From an uncultured Candidatus Saccharibacteria bacterium (lineage in GTDB: Bacteria; Patescibacteriota; CAZHWT01), in contig CAZHWT010000001.1 in NCBI GenBank assembly GCA_964536215.1, forward strand, positions 15,671 through 79,670: 64,000 nucleotides of DNA. Direction: 5' to 3'. The position numbers and the translations under genes were made by a program. The notes below the pieces were generated by a model. It was not told the DNA's origin, searched no databases, and was given only the letters and a program-made list of their open reading frames with translations. Below are positions 27,405-37,756 of the stretch, piece by piece (the stretch's first letter is position 1; each line of letters begins with the position of its first letter).

Positions 27405-29123
27405 CTAAGCGATGACTCGGAGCACTTCTTCAAAGGTTGTCAGCCCCTCTAGTACCTTAAGCATACCGTCTTGTTTCATCGTAATCATGCCAGCCGCAAC
27501 GGCTTCGGCCTGAATTTTGTCAGCTGACTCGTGTTGCAATATTAAGCGGCCAATCTTGTCGGTTACTTCCAGCACTTCATAAATACCCGCTCGGCCTTGA
27601 TACCCCAGGTTATTACATTCGGAACACCCTTTTGGCATATACACTACTGGCTGCTTAGAGGCGGCCTCTTTTGGCATAAGCGGGCCAAGAATCTCTTTTA
27701 TCTGCTGCTCAATCTCAGGGGTGATGGGGGTGGGGACACGGCACTTAGGGCAGAGCTGACGAACTAGTCGCTGGGCCATAATGACATTTACCGATGAGGC
27801 TACCAAGAACGGTTCGGCACCCATATCTAGCAAGCGAGGCAGAGAGCCAGCAGCTGAGTTGGTGTGCAGAGTAGAGAGGACCAAGTGACCGGTTAAGGAG
27901 GCTTGGATAGCCAATTCCATAGTTTCACCGTCACGAATCTCACCAACCATTATAACGTTAGGGTCTTGTCGCAAGATAGAACGCAATCCTGAAGCGAAGG
28001 TGAGGCCAGCGGCGGGGTTGATTTGAACCTGATTAACACCGGCTACTTCATATTCGACTGGATCTTCGAGGGTGATTATATTGACCTTGACCGAGTTAAG
28101 CTTGGTAAGAGATGTTCGTAGCGTGGTCGTTTTACCAGACCCAGTTGGTCCGGTTACCAAAATAATACCAGCCGTTTTAGCTAGAGCGGTTTCGAACGTT
28201 TTTAGGGCATTACCTCTAATGCCGAGTTCTGCAAAGGTTGGCACACTGGCATCTTTACGCAATAGTCGCATAACCACCTTTTCGCCCTTAGCGGTGGGCA
28301 AAGTCGAGACACGCAGGTCAATTTGTTGCTCGCCGACCTGAATTTGAAAACGACCATCTTGCGGGACGCGCTTTTCATCAATTTTCATATTGGACAAAAT
28401 CTTAATGCGAGAGACAACCGAGTCGTGGACTTTATTGGGAAGCACCAATCGTTCCTGCAACACACCGTCAATACGATAGCGGACCCGAGTGTTTTCTACG
28501 CCAGGTTCAATGTGCACGTCAGAGGCGCGCGATTTGGCAGCGTATTCGAGCATAGTCGAGACAATGCGGGCCACTGGAGCGTCGCGGATAGCTTCGTCAA
28601 TTTTGCTAATGTCTTTAATTGATTCCTCAATCTTGGTCGTCTCCGTCTGAGCCTCGCGCAAAGCGGCACGGACGTCTTTATCGATTGACTGGGCATAGCT
28701 GGTTTCGATAGCGGCCTGAATTTCTTCCGCCGGGGCCACAAATGGCTTGACTCGCATACCACTCTTGGTTTCGAGGAATTCAATAACCTGCAAATCCAAT
28801 GGATCCGACATGGCTACCTGGATTTGGCCGTTATCAATACCAAAAGGCATGAGCACGTAGTGCTTGGCTACTGCTTCGGGGATTTTTGACAAGACTTCTA
28901 CACTAATAGCCTGTCCTTTTAGAGTAACGTAGGGAATATTGAGGATCTTGGCTTGTGCGCCAAGGATATCTTTTTCGCTAGCCCAGCCTTTGGATAAGAG
29001 AATTTCTCTTACCTGCTTACCAGTGTTAATCTGCTCAACCTTAACTTGAGAGACCTGGTCAGCGGTCAAGACCCCTTGGGCAGCGAGAATATCTTCAATG
29101 GTGTTGGCAGCAACTTCGGGCAT
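27405..29123 (-). CDS. pilB: Type IV pilus assembly ATPase PilB (GspE family)
   Basis: N-terminal GSPII_E_N domain. Walker A GPTGSGKTTTL. Tetracysteine motif CPKC...CSEC. 572 aa. Confidence 0.85.
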   Translation of the reverse strand: MPEVAANTIEDILAAQGVLTADQVSQVKVEQINTGKQVREILLSKGWASEKDILGAQAKILNIPYVTLKGQAISVEVLSKIPEAVAKHYVLMPFGIDNGQIQVAMSDPLDLQVIEFLETKSGMRVKPFVAPAEEIQAAIETSYAQSIDKDVRAALREAQTETTKIEESIKDISKIDEAIRDAPVARIVSTMLEYAAKSRASDVHIEPGVENTRVRYRIDGVLQERLVLPNKVHDSVVSRIKILSNMKIDEKRVPQDGRFQIQVGEQQIDLRVSTLPTAKGEKVVMRLLRKDASVPTFAELGIRGNALKTFETALAKTAGIILVTGPTGSGKTTTLRTSLTKLNSVKVNIITLEDPVEYEVAGVNQVQINPAAGLTFASGLRSILRQDPNVIMVGEIRDGETMELAIQASLTGHLVLSTLHTNSAAGSLPRLLDMGAEPFLVASSVNVIMAQRLVRQLCPKCRVPTPITPEIEQQIKEILGPLMPKEAASKQPVVYMPKGCSECNNLGYQGRAGIYEVLEVTDKIGRLILQHESADKIQAEAVAAGMITMKQDGMLKVLEGLTTFEEVLRVIA

Positions 29124-29242
29124 AAGGCTAGTGTCTGGAATCTAGAAAATAGAAAATAGAATCTTCTAACTTCGCGGATTGACTTGTTTCATTATTCGTT
29201 CTTTGTACGTTATTTAAGGATATAATAGGATTATTCGGAGGA

Positions 29243-29917
29243 TTGTGTCAAATGTTGCAGAGTATAATTTTAATTGATCCAGAGGCGATTTTAGCGGCCA
29301 AGCCAGACAGCAACACGCTGGTCGTTGAGGTGCCGGAGGATAAAAAGGAGATTAGCGTCGATCAAATCCGTTCATTGGTCGCCTGGGCTGGGCAATTTGG
29401 CTTTGCCACGGGAGCCAAACGGGCCATTATCTGCCAAGCACAACATCTGAGTTTGGCTGCTGCCAACACCCTGCTTAAGACGCTCGAGGAACCAACTGAA
29501 CAAACAACCCTCATATTGACGGTCGACACGGCTGGAAGTCTGCTGCCGACTATCCGGTCACGTTGCGCCGTGTATCGAGTAGACGAGCTATCACAGGATC
29601 AACTAGCCGAGTGGGGACTAGAGCGACGACCGCCAACCGAGGCAGAAGTTCCCCTGAGTTGGTCAGACTTTGCCGCTCAACCTGCTTTAGCGCGCTGGCA
29701 AACCGTCGAGGAGTGGCTCAAAGCTAAGCAGGACATGAAGACTGTACTGCGAGCGTGGCAACGGCAACTTCATCAGTCGTTATCCACCGCGGAAGATGAC
29801 ACTTTGGAGCAGGTTATAGCTAGGGCCAGCCTACTAGATAGGTCGCTCCGCGATTTAGAGGCAAATAGCAACCCCAGGCTCGTCTTTGACGAAGTGTTAT
29901 TGGCTATTGAGACATAG
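29243..29917 (+). CDS. holB: DNA polymerase III delta-prime (clamp-loader) -like, lacking the N-terminal P-loop segment
   Basis: ANTLLKTLEEPTEQTTLILT and TIRSRC sensor motifs. Only 224 aa. A stop lies upstream of 29243. Confidence 0.5.
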   Translation: MCQMLQSIILIDPEAILAAKPDSNTLVVEVPEDKKEISVDQIRSLVAWAGQFGFATGAKRAIICQAQHLSLAAANTLLKTLEEPTEQTTLILTVDTAGSLLPTIRSRCAVYRVDELSQDQLAEWGLERRPPTEAEVPLSWSDFAAQPALARWQTVEEWLKAKQDMKTVLRAWQRQLHQSLSTAEDDTLEQVIARASLLDRSLRDLEANSNPRLVFDEVLLAIET

Positions 29918-30017
29918 TTGATTGATGGCTAATCGCTAATCGTTAATCGCTAATCGTTAATCGTATATCGTAAACCCCGATTTAATCGGGGTAAATCGCA
30001 CCTTGCTTTTGAACAAG

Positions 30018-30058
30018 TCAATGTACATACACGTGTACGTACACGTGTATGTACATCG
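30018..30058. repeat. 32-bp perfect palindrome gtacatacacgtgtacgtacacgtgtatgtac (GTAC/ACGT-rich)
   Basis: Self-complementary. Related GTACGTACACGT palindromes occur at 24030-24060, 37205-37240, 44215-44245 and 54855-54890. Confidence 0.6.
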
Positions 30059-30400
30059 GGCATAGGGATTCTCGATCGGGTCGAGAATGACAGGAGGGGG
30101 AAGGTAGAAGTTTGAAGTGCGAGTTACGGGAACGAATAACGAATAGACGAATAACGAAAAAACTAATAGCCAAGTAGCTGATACCTAATCGGAAAGTTTA
30201 AGCGCCAGAGGCAATGGGGGAGACGCTCATTTCGTTACCGAAGAGTGGACGGGAGACCTAGGTTGTGGTACAATACTCTTAAGCGAAATATACCCGAAAC
30301 TATCCCAGATATTCCCTTGTTTTGACTGTCCCCAAAACGGCTTGTGTTTATTGCTTGCTTTACGCATGTGATAAGATTTAATCTGACTTTACTTACTTAA

Positions 30401-32368
<1,968 letters not shown>

Positions 32369-32384
32369 TACGAATGATGATTGG

Positions 32385-32500
32385 TTTATGGTTTTTAGTT
32401 TATAGTTTTTAGTTGCTACGAATAGCCGAAATTACCAATAGCTAATGACCATAAACCATAAACTACGAACTGTAAACCGCAAACCATAACCTAAAAACTA
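32385..32500. repeat. Long imperfect inverted repeat built from GGTTTATGG/TAGTTTAT units between gyrB and gyrA
   Basis: Left arm ggtttatggtttttagtttatag. Right arm aaaccataaactacgaactgtaaaccgcaaaccataacc. Confidence 0.55.
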
Positions 32501-32506
32501 ACCACT

Positions 32507-35218
32507 ATGTCAGAAGAAGCAACTAACAACCAAGACCACATGATTAATAACGCCGGACGAATTGTCGAGGCGCATATTAGCGAGGAAATGAAGAAGGCCT
32601 ATCTCGATTACGCGATGAGCGTTATTGTGGGCCGTTCCTTGCCAGATGTGCGCGACGGACTTAAGCCCGTTCATCGGCGAATTTTGTATGCCATGTTTAA
32701 GGATCTGGGCTTGACCCATGATCATAAATATTCCAAGTGTGCCGGTGTAGTTGGCGAGGTAATGAAAAAATATCACCCGCATGGAGACATGGCTATTTAT
32801 GACACCCTGGTTCGGTTGGCGCAGGACTTTAACATGCGCTATATGTTAGTGGATGGCCAAGGCAACTTTGGCTCAATCGACGGCGACAGCCCAGCGGCCA
32901 TGCGATATACCGAATGCCGCATGCGCGAGATTGCTGAAGAAATGCTGCAAGACATTAATAAGCAGACGGTAGATTTTATGCCTAACTACGACGGCGAGCA
33001 CCAAGAGCCGCTGTATTTGCCGAGCGCGTTGCCAAACTTGCTCCTCAATGGCTCTGACGGCATTGCCGTAGGTATGGCCACCAAAATTCCGCCGCATAAC
33101 CTGGGTGAGGTAGTTGATGCGTTAACGTATACCATTGACCACGGCCGACCAGAGGCGCCCGCTTCCCAAGATCAAGATGATTCAGTCGAAGAATTGCTAG
33201 ATCGCGCTAGTACTAGCGCGGACATGATTGTGGACACAGAAGAAAATAGCGAGACGGGTGGGGTAGAGATTACCAAAGCTAGGGCTCAGTTTACATCGGA
33301 TGTGACCGTTGATGAACTGATGCAGTTTATTCAAGGGCCAGACTTCCCGACCGGCGGGATAATCTATGACCAAAGCGAGATTAAATCGGCCTATGCCACG
33401 GGTAAGGGGCGGATTATTATGCGGGCTATTGCCACTATCGAAGAGGCTAAGAACGGTCGGTTTGCCATTATTGTTACAGCGATTCCTTATCAGCAGAATA
33501 AGGCTCTATTGGTGGCCAAAATTGCTGACTTGGTTAAAGACAAAAAAATTGACGGCATCTCCGACTTGCGCGACGAGTCCGACCGCGAAGGTATGCGGAT
33601 TATGATTGAGCTAAAAGCTTCGGCTAACCCACAAAGTGTTTTGAATAAGCTGTACAAGTACACGCCCATGCAGATGGCCTACAGTGCTAATATGATTGCG
33701 TTGGTTGACGGACAGCCACAGGTTTTAACCCTAAAGACCGCTTTAGAAGAATACATTAAGCACCGTCAGTCAGTGGTGATTCGCCGGACCGAATTTGATT
33801 TGGCGGCCGCTCGCCGTCGCGCTCATATTCTTGAGGGACTCAAGATTGCCCTCGACCACTTGGACGAGGTCATTACCACCATTCGTCAAAGCTCCAGTCA
33901 GGAAGATGCCAAGCAACAATTAATGTCCAAGTTTGGTATGACCGAAGTACAAGCAGTGGCCGTACTTGACCTACAGTTGCGCCGCTTAGCCGCCTTGGAG
34001 CGACAAAAGATTGAAGACGAGCTCAAGGCTACCCTAGCACTCATTGCTGAGCTAGAAGGCATTTTGGCCAGCCCGGAAAAAGTCTTGCAGATTGTTAAGG
34101 ATGAGCTCATCGCCTTGAAAGAAAAGTACATTGACGAGCGTAAGACTAAAGTAATTAAGGGTAAGGTTGGCGAGCTTTCGGATGCTGACCTGGTGGCCGA
34201 CGAAGAAGTGTTAGTAACTCTGACCAAGAGTGGTTACATTAAGCGCTTGCCGCCAGCTACCTATAAATCGCAAAACCGCGGCGGTAGGGGAGTAGCGGGC
34301 ATAAAACTGAAGGAAGAGGATGTTATTTCTCATATTCAAGTTTGTCGGACACATGACGATATTCTGTTCTTTACCAATAAGGGTCGCGTATTTAGTCTAA
34401 AAGTATTCGAGATCCCAGAGAGCTCTCGACAGGCTAAAGGGCAAGCCATTGTTAACCTCATCCAAATTGAACCAGGTGAAAAAGTCACAGCTGTCCTGAC
34501 TCAAACCCAAGAAGGTAAGATTCTGGAAGCCGGTGATGACGCGGCTCAGACGCCGGCGCCAAAATACTTGTTTATGGCGACGTTGCGAGGCACGGTTAAA
34601 AAGACGGCCTTGACCGAGTACAAAAATATTCGCAAGAGTGGCTTGACGGCTATTCGCCTGCTGGGCGACGACGAACTAGCTTGGGTCCGACCAACTTCTG
34701 GCGACGATAATATTATTATGGTTACCCGAGATGGTAAGGCTATCTACTTTAAAGAAAGCGATGTGTCTATTACTGGCCGAGCCACGGTGGGTGTGCGCGG
34801 TATTCGCTTAGCTAGCGGCGATGAGTGTATTGGTATGGATGTGGTGGCAGCCAACACCTCCGGCAAGGAAGCTGCCTTATTGGTAGTATCTGAACATGGT
34901 TACGGCAAGAAAACCTATGTTGGTCAATATTCATTGCAAGGCCGAGGCGGACTCGGTGTCCTCACCTTCCGGATTAGTGATAAAACCGGCAAGCTAACGG
35001 TAGTGCGCTTAATCCAAGCTGATGAAACGGCTGACATCCTGCTAACTTCTGTGCAAGGTGTGGTGATCCGCGAGCCACTCAAGGATATCCCCACCATCAG
35101 CCGCCAAACCAGCGGGGTTAAGATGATTCGACTTGCCGCCGGCGACAGAGTGGCCGCCCTGGCCTATCTGCCCGAAGACCAAGCAGAACAAGTGCCCGTG
35201 CAAGACGTAGTCGAATAA
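32507..35218 (+). CDS. gyrA: DNA gyrase subunit A
   Basis: Active-site region around AMRYTECRM. GyrA box-like C-terminal beta-pinwheel repeats. 903 aa, with an acidic insertion near residue 210. Confidence 0.9.
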   Translation: MSEEATNNQDHMINNAGRIVEAHISEEMKKAYLDYAMSVIVGRSLPDVRDGLKPVHRRILYAMFKDLGLTHDHKYSKCAGVVGEVMKKYHPHGDMAIYDTLVRLAQDFNMRYMLVDGQGNFGSIDGDSPAAMRYTECRMREIAEEMLQDINKQTVDFMPNYDGEHQEPLYLPSALPNLLLNGSDGIAVGMATKIPPHNLGEVVDALTYTIDHGRPEAPASQDQDDSVEELLDRASTSADMIVDTEENSETGGVEITKARAQFTSDVTVDELMQFIQGPDFPTGGIIYDQSEIKSAYATGKGRIIMRAIATIEEAKNGRFAIIVTAIPYQQNKALLVAKIADLVKDKKIDGISDLRDESDREGMRIMIELKASANPQSVLNKLYKYTPMQMAYSANMIALVDGQPQVLTLKTALEEYIKHRQSVVIRRTEFDLAAARRRAHILEGLKIALDHLDEVITTIRQSSSQEDAKQQLMSKFGMTEVQAVAVLDLQLRRLAALERQKIEDELKATLALIAELEGILASPEKVLQIVKDELIALKEKYIDERKTKVIKGKVGELSDADLVADEEVLVTLTKSGYIKRLPPATYKSQNRGGRGVAGIKLKEEDVISHIQVCRTHDDILFFTNKGRVFSLKVFEIPESSRQAKGQAIVNLIQIEPGEKVTAVLTQTQEGKILEAGDDAAQTPAPKYLFMATLRGTVKKTALTEYKNIRKSGLTAIRLLGDDELAWVRPTSGDDNIIMVTRDGKAIYFKESDVSITGRATVGVRGIRLASGDECIGMDVVAANTSGKEAALLVVSEHGYGKKTYVGQYSLQGRGGLGVLTFRISDKTGKLTVVRLIQADETADILLTSVQGVVIREPLKDIPTISRQTSGVKMIRLAAGDRVAALAYLPEDQAEQVPVQDVVE

Positions 35219-35221
35219 ACA

Positions 35222-35989
35222 ATGTCCGTGTGGGGTAGACTACTATTCCGACCTTCCGAAAGCTATCGCTCCTATTTAGGTCCGCTCCTCAAAGCGAGCT
35301 ATTGGCAAGTGCGACTGTGGGCTTATCGGCTGTTAGACTCTTGGCGCTACCGAGCTATTCCAGCCAGGGTTGAAGTTTCTGGCGTTCCGCATTTTGGCCA
35401 GTTTGAATCGGCCAATCTGACTGACCAATTTTTTGACGGCCGCTTACGTGCAGTCGATGATCCTAAATGGGCTACTTCTGGCGCGGCGTCAGCTCAAGAG
35501 TATGCTGACTGGGTGTGGCATATATGCGGCGTAACCTGTTTTAAAATGATTTTAGCTCATGCCACTGGCCAGGTTATTCCGACGATAGCTCTGGCCAAAG
35601 GGTGCCAAGAATTCGGGGGATACGTCAGAAGTAAGTCTGGAGTGATTAATCCCAAAGGATTGCATTACGATGCATTCTGTAGGTTTATTGCTGAACGATT
35701 CGGTTGGACGGGGAGGGTAGTGGCGCCTCTAACCGTTAAACGGATGCAGGCGGAGCTGTCCCAAAGTCATTATGTTATTGCTTCCGTACATCCGTCTATT
35801 CACCAGCCAGCCACTCAGCCACCTGCCCGAGGTGGACATTTAGTCCTAGTTACGGGGTATAATGCTAAGGATAACAGCATAACCTACTCTGATCCTTGTG
35901 GTAGGCCGGGTCGTCAAGACGCTGTTGTGATTAGCCAGGAAGATTTTGGCCGTTTCTTTGCTCACCGGGGCATTGTCTTGTGGCCATAA
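35222..35989 (+). CDS. Peptidase C39-like (C39_2 / papain-fold) domain protein
   Basis: Putative catalytic Cys in WHICGVTCFKMILA and His in GGHLVLVTGYNAKDNSITYSDP, matching the C39_2 arrangement. 255 aa. Confidence 0.4.
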   Translation: MSVWGRLLFRPSESYRSYLGPLLKASYWQVRLWAYRLLDSWRYRAIPARVEVSGVPHFGQFESANLTDQFFDGRLRAVDDPKWATSGAASAQEYADWVWHICGVTCFKMILAHATGQVIPTIALAKGCQEFGGYVRSKSGVINPKGLHYDAFCRFIAERFGWTGRVVAPLTVKRMQAELSQSHYVIASVHPSIHQPATQPPARGGHLVLVTGYNAKDNSITYSDPCGRPGRQDAVVISQEDFGRFFAHRGIVLWP

Positions 35990-36056
35990 GATTTACTATA
36001 GCTGCCCATTTATATACTGGATGCCTCTTTGGCATTGCCAGTCAAAACAGTGTAAG

Positions 36057-37118
36057 ATGAGCACTATGAAGCATATTTCAACCGAAGAAGCTACAAACCA
36101 AGCCACGCCTATCCGACAACTACTAGCGGCATCTAAAGAAGCCGAGCTAGAGGTGGCCGTTGATGACCACATTATTCGCTTGACCGAACTGACCAAGCCT
36201 TTGTGGACCCTGCTAGACGTTCACGAGTCTCGTATTATTACCAAGCGGCAGTTAATTGAATACTATGTGTCCGTGTCGCCTTACCTCTTACCGCTTTTGA
36301 AAGACCGCCCCTTGGCAATTAAACGTTACCCGGATGGGGTGGGGGAGAGTAGCGTGCTGCAGCGGTACTTTGATGAAGTGCCCGAGTTTGTTGAAACAGT
36401 AGAGATTTGTAGCGATGGCGATGGCAACAATCGGCCGCACATCCTAGGGCAGAACTTAGCCACTCTAGTCTGGCTGGCTGACCTGGCGGCGGTCGAACTC
36501 TACCCCTGGAGCTCTCGTGTCGATGCTGCAGGCACTAGCTTGCCGACTATTTTTATCAATTCTATGGGTACGCTAGAAATGAGTGTACTTAACTATCCGG
36601 ACTGGTTAGTTCTTGATGTTGATGCGGCTGAGCCGGATCCAACTAAAGCCTTTGAGCGATCTCAACAGGCAGCTTTATGCTTACATGAACACTTGAGCTC
36701 GTTGAATTTAAGGCATTATGTCAAATTAAATGATCAAGCCAGCTTGCAGGTAATTGTCCCAATTGTCCGGCAATACTCCTACGACCAGGTGCGACAAGCT
36801 GCGAGGCGGATAAGTGAGATAATGGCCGAGCAATATGCAGATATTTTTACCAATGAGTGGCACGTCGAGCGACGCCAGGGTAAAGTCTTACTCGATTGGC
36901 AACAAAACACTCGAGCTAAAACCCTGGCCTCGCCGTATTCAGTACGAGCTACTGAGATAGCCACTGTTTCGCTGCCACTCGACTGGGACGCTTTAGCCAC
37001 AGTTAATCCGACTGAGCTGAGTCTTGACCGTATTCTGGCTAAGCCAGCTTTACTTACACCTCAACCGTGGTCCGACATTTTATCTCATCCCCAACAATTA
37101 CCTGCCGACTTGCTCTGA
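36057..37118 (+). CDS. Stand-alone LigD-type primase-polymerase (AEP superfamily PolDom) domain protein
   Basis: Motif I WLVLDVDAAEP (DxD). Motif III GKVLLDWQQNTRAKTLASPYSVRA. C-terminal ...VSLPLDWDAL..., equivalent to the LigD PolDom C-terminus. No ligase or Ku domain is attached. Confidence 0.55.
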   Translation: MSTMKHISTEEATNQATPIRQLLAASKEAELEVAVDDHIIRLTELTKPLWTLLDVHESRIITKRQLIEYYVSVSPYLLPLLKDRPLAIKRYPDGVGESSVLQRYFDEVPEFVETVEICSDGDGNNRPHILGQNLATLVWLADLAAVELYPWSSRVDAAGTSLPTIFINSMGTLEMSVLNYPDWLVLDVDAAEPDPTKAFERSQQAALCLHEHLSSLNLRHYVKLNDQASLQVIVPIVRQYSYDQVRQAARRISEIMAEQYADIFTNEWHVERRQGKVLLDWQQNTRAKTLASPYSVRATEIATVSLPLDWDALATVNPTELSLDRILAKPALLTPQPWSDILSHPQQLPADLL

Positions 37119-37431
37119 TACTGTTTGTTTTGTCGGGCATATCGCTATCCAGTGCCCTCAAGCAGAATCGACTGCGGCCAATCTGAACATCTCTATCTAC
37201 CAGCATCAACTGAAGTACGTACACATGTACGTACATGTGTACGTACTTGCGCAAATTACAAAACTCCTACTTTCAGTGCTGTCATTCAATACGATGGATT
37301 TTAGTTTATTACTATGATAGCTAAATATTTATCATTCCTTGCCGCTAAAAGTATGTATCGAACGGCTACTTAAGCCGATGTATACACCACTTGCAAAAAC
37401 CATAAAATTTTAGGTCGATTTGAGCAGAAAT

Positions 37432-37461
37432 TTGACAAAATAGGGGAGAGTATTGTATACT
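37432..37461 (+). promoter_or_regulatory. Sigma-70-type promoter TTGACA -N18- TATACT
   Basis: Consensus hexamers. Followed ~15 nt later by an intrinsic terminator at 37476..37497, which would give an RNA only ~30 nt long. Confidence 0.35.
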
Positions 37462-37475
37462 ACTTATATCTTGAT

Positions 37476-37497
37476 GCCGCTAACCAGCGGCTTTTTT
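37476..37497 (+). terminator. Rho-independent terminator gccgctaaccagcggc plus tttttt
   Basis: 6-bp GC stem followed by a T6 run. Confidence 0.5.
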
Positions 37498-37756
37498 CGT
37501 GCCTTTTTGCATCTGCTTATTTTATCTCCTTTCTGACCTTACGCAAATCACAGAATTATAAAACTTCTTCGGAATTGCCTACATTTACAGCCACTAAGAC
37601 TTATCGGTATAGCTAGATTAACCGTCAACCGAGGGGAGGATGATTGAACGGTAAGAAGTGAGCAGGCGTGGTGGCGATGAGCCCGTGTTGTGGTCTGTGG
37701 TGGGACAGGTAGGTGCCGATCAGGAGAATTAGTCAAAGGGGGACATGGGTCATCGC

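Noticed and set aside
28072-28622. Plus-strand ORFs inside pilB
   Set aside because: Antisense shadows of the pilB reading frame.
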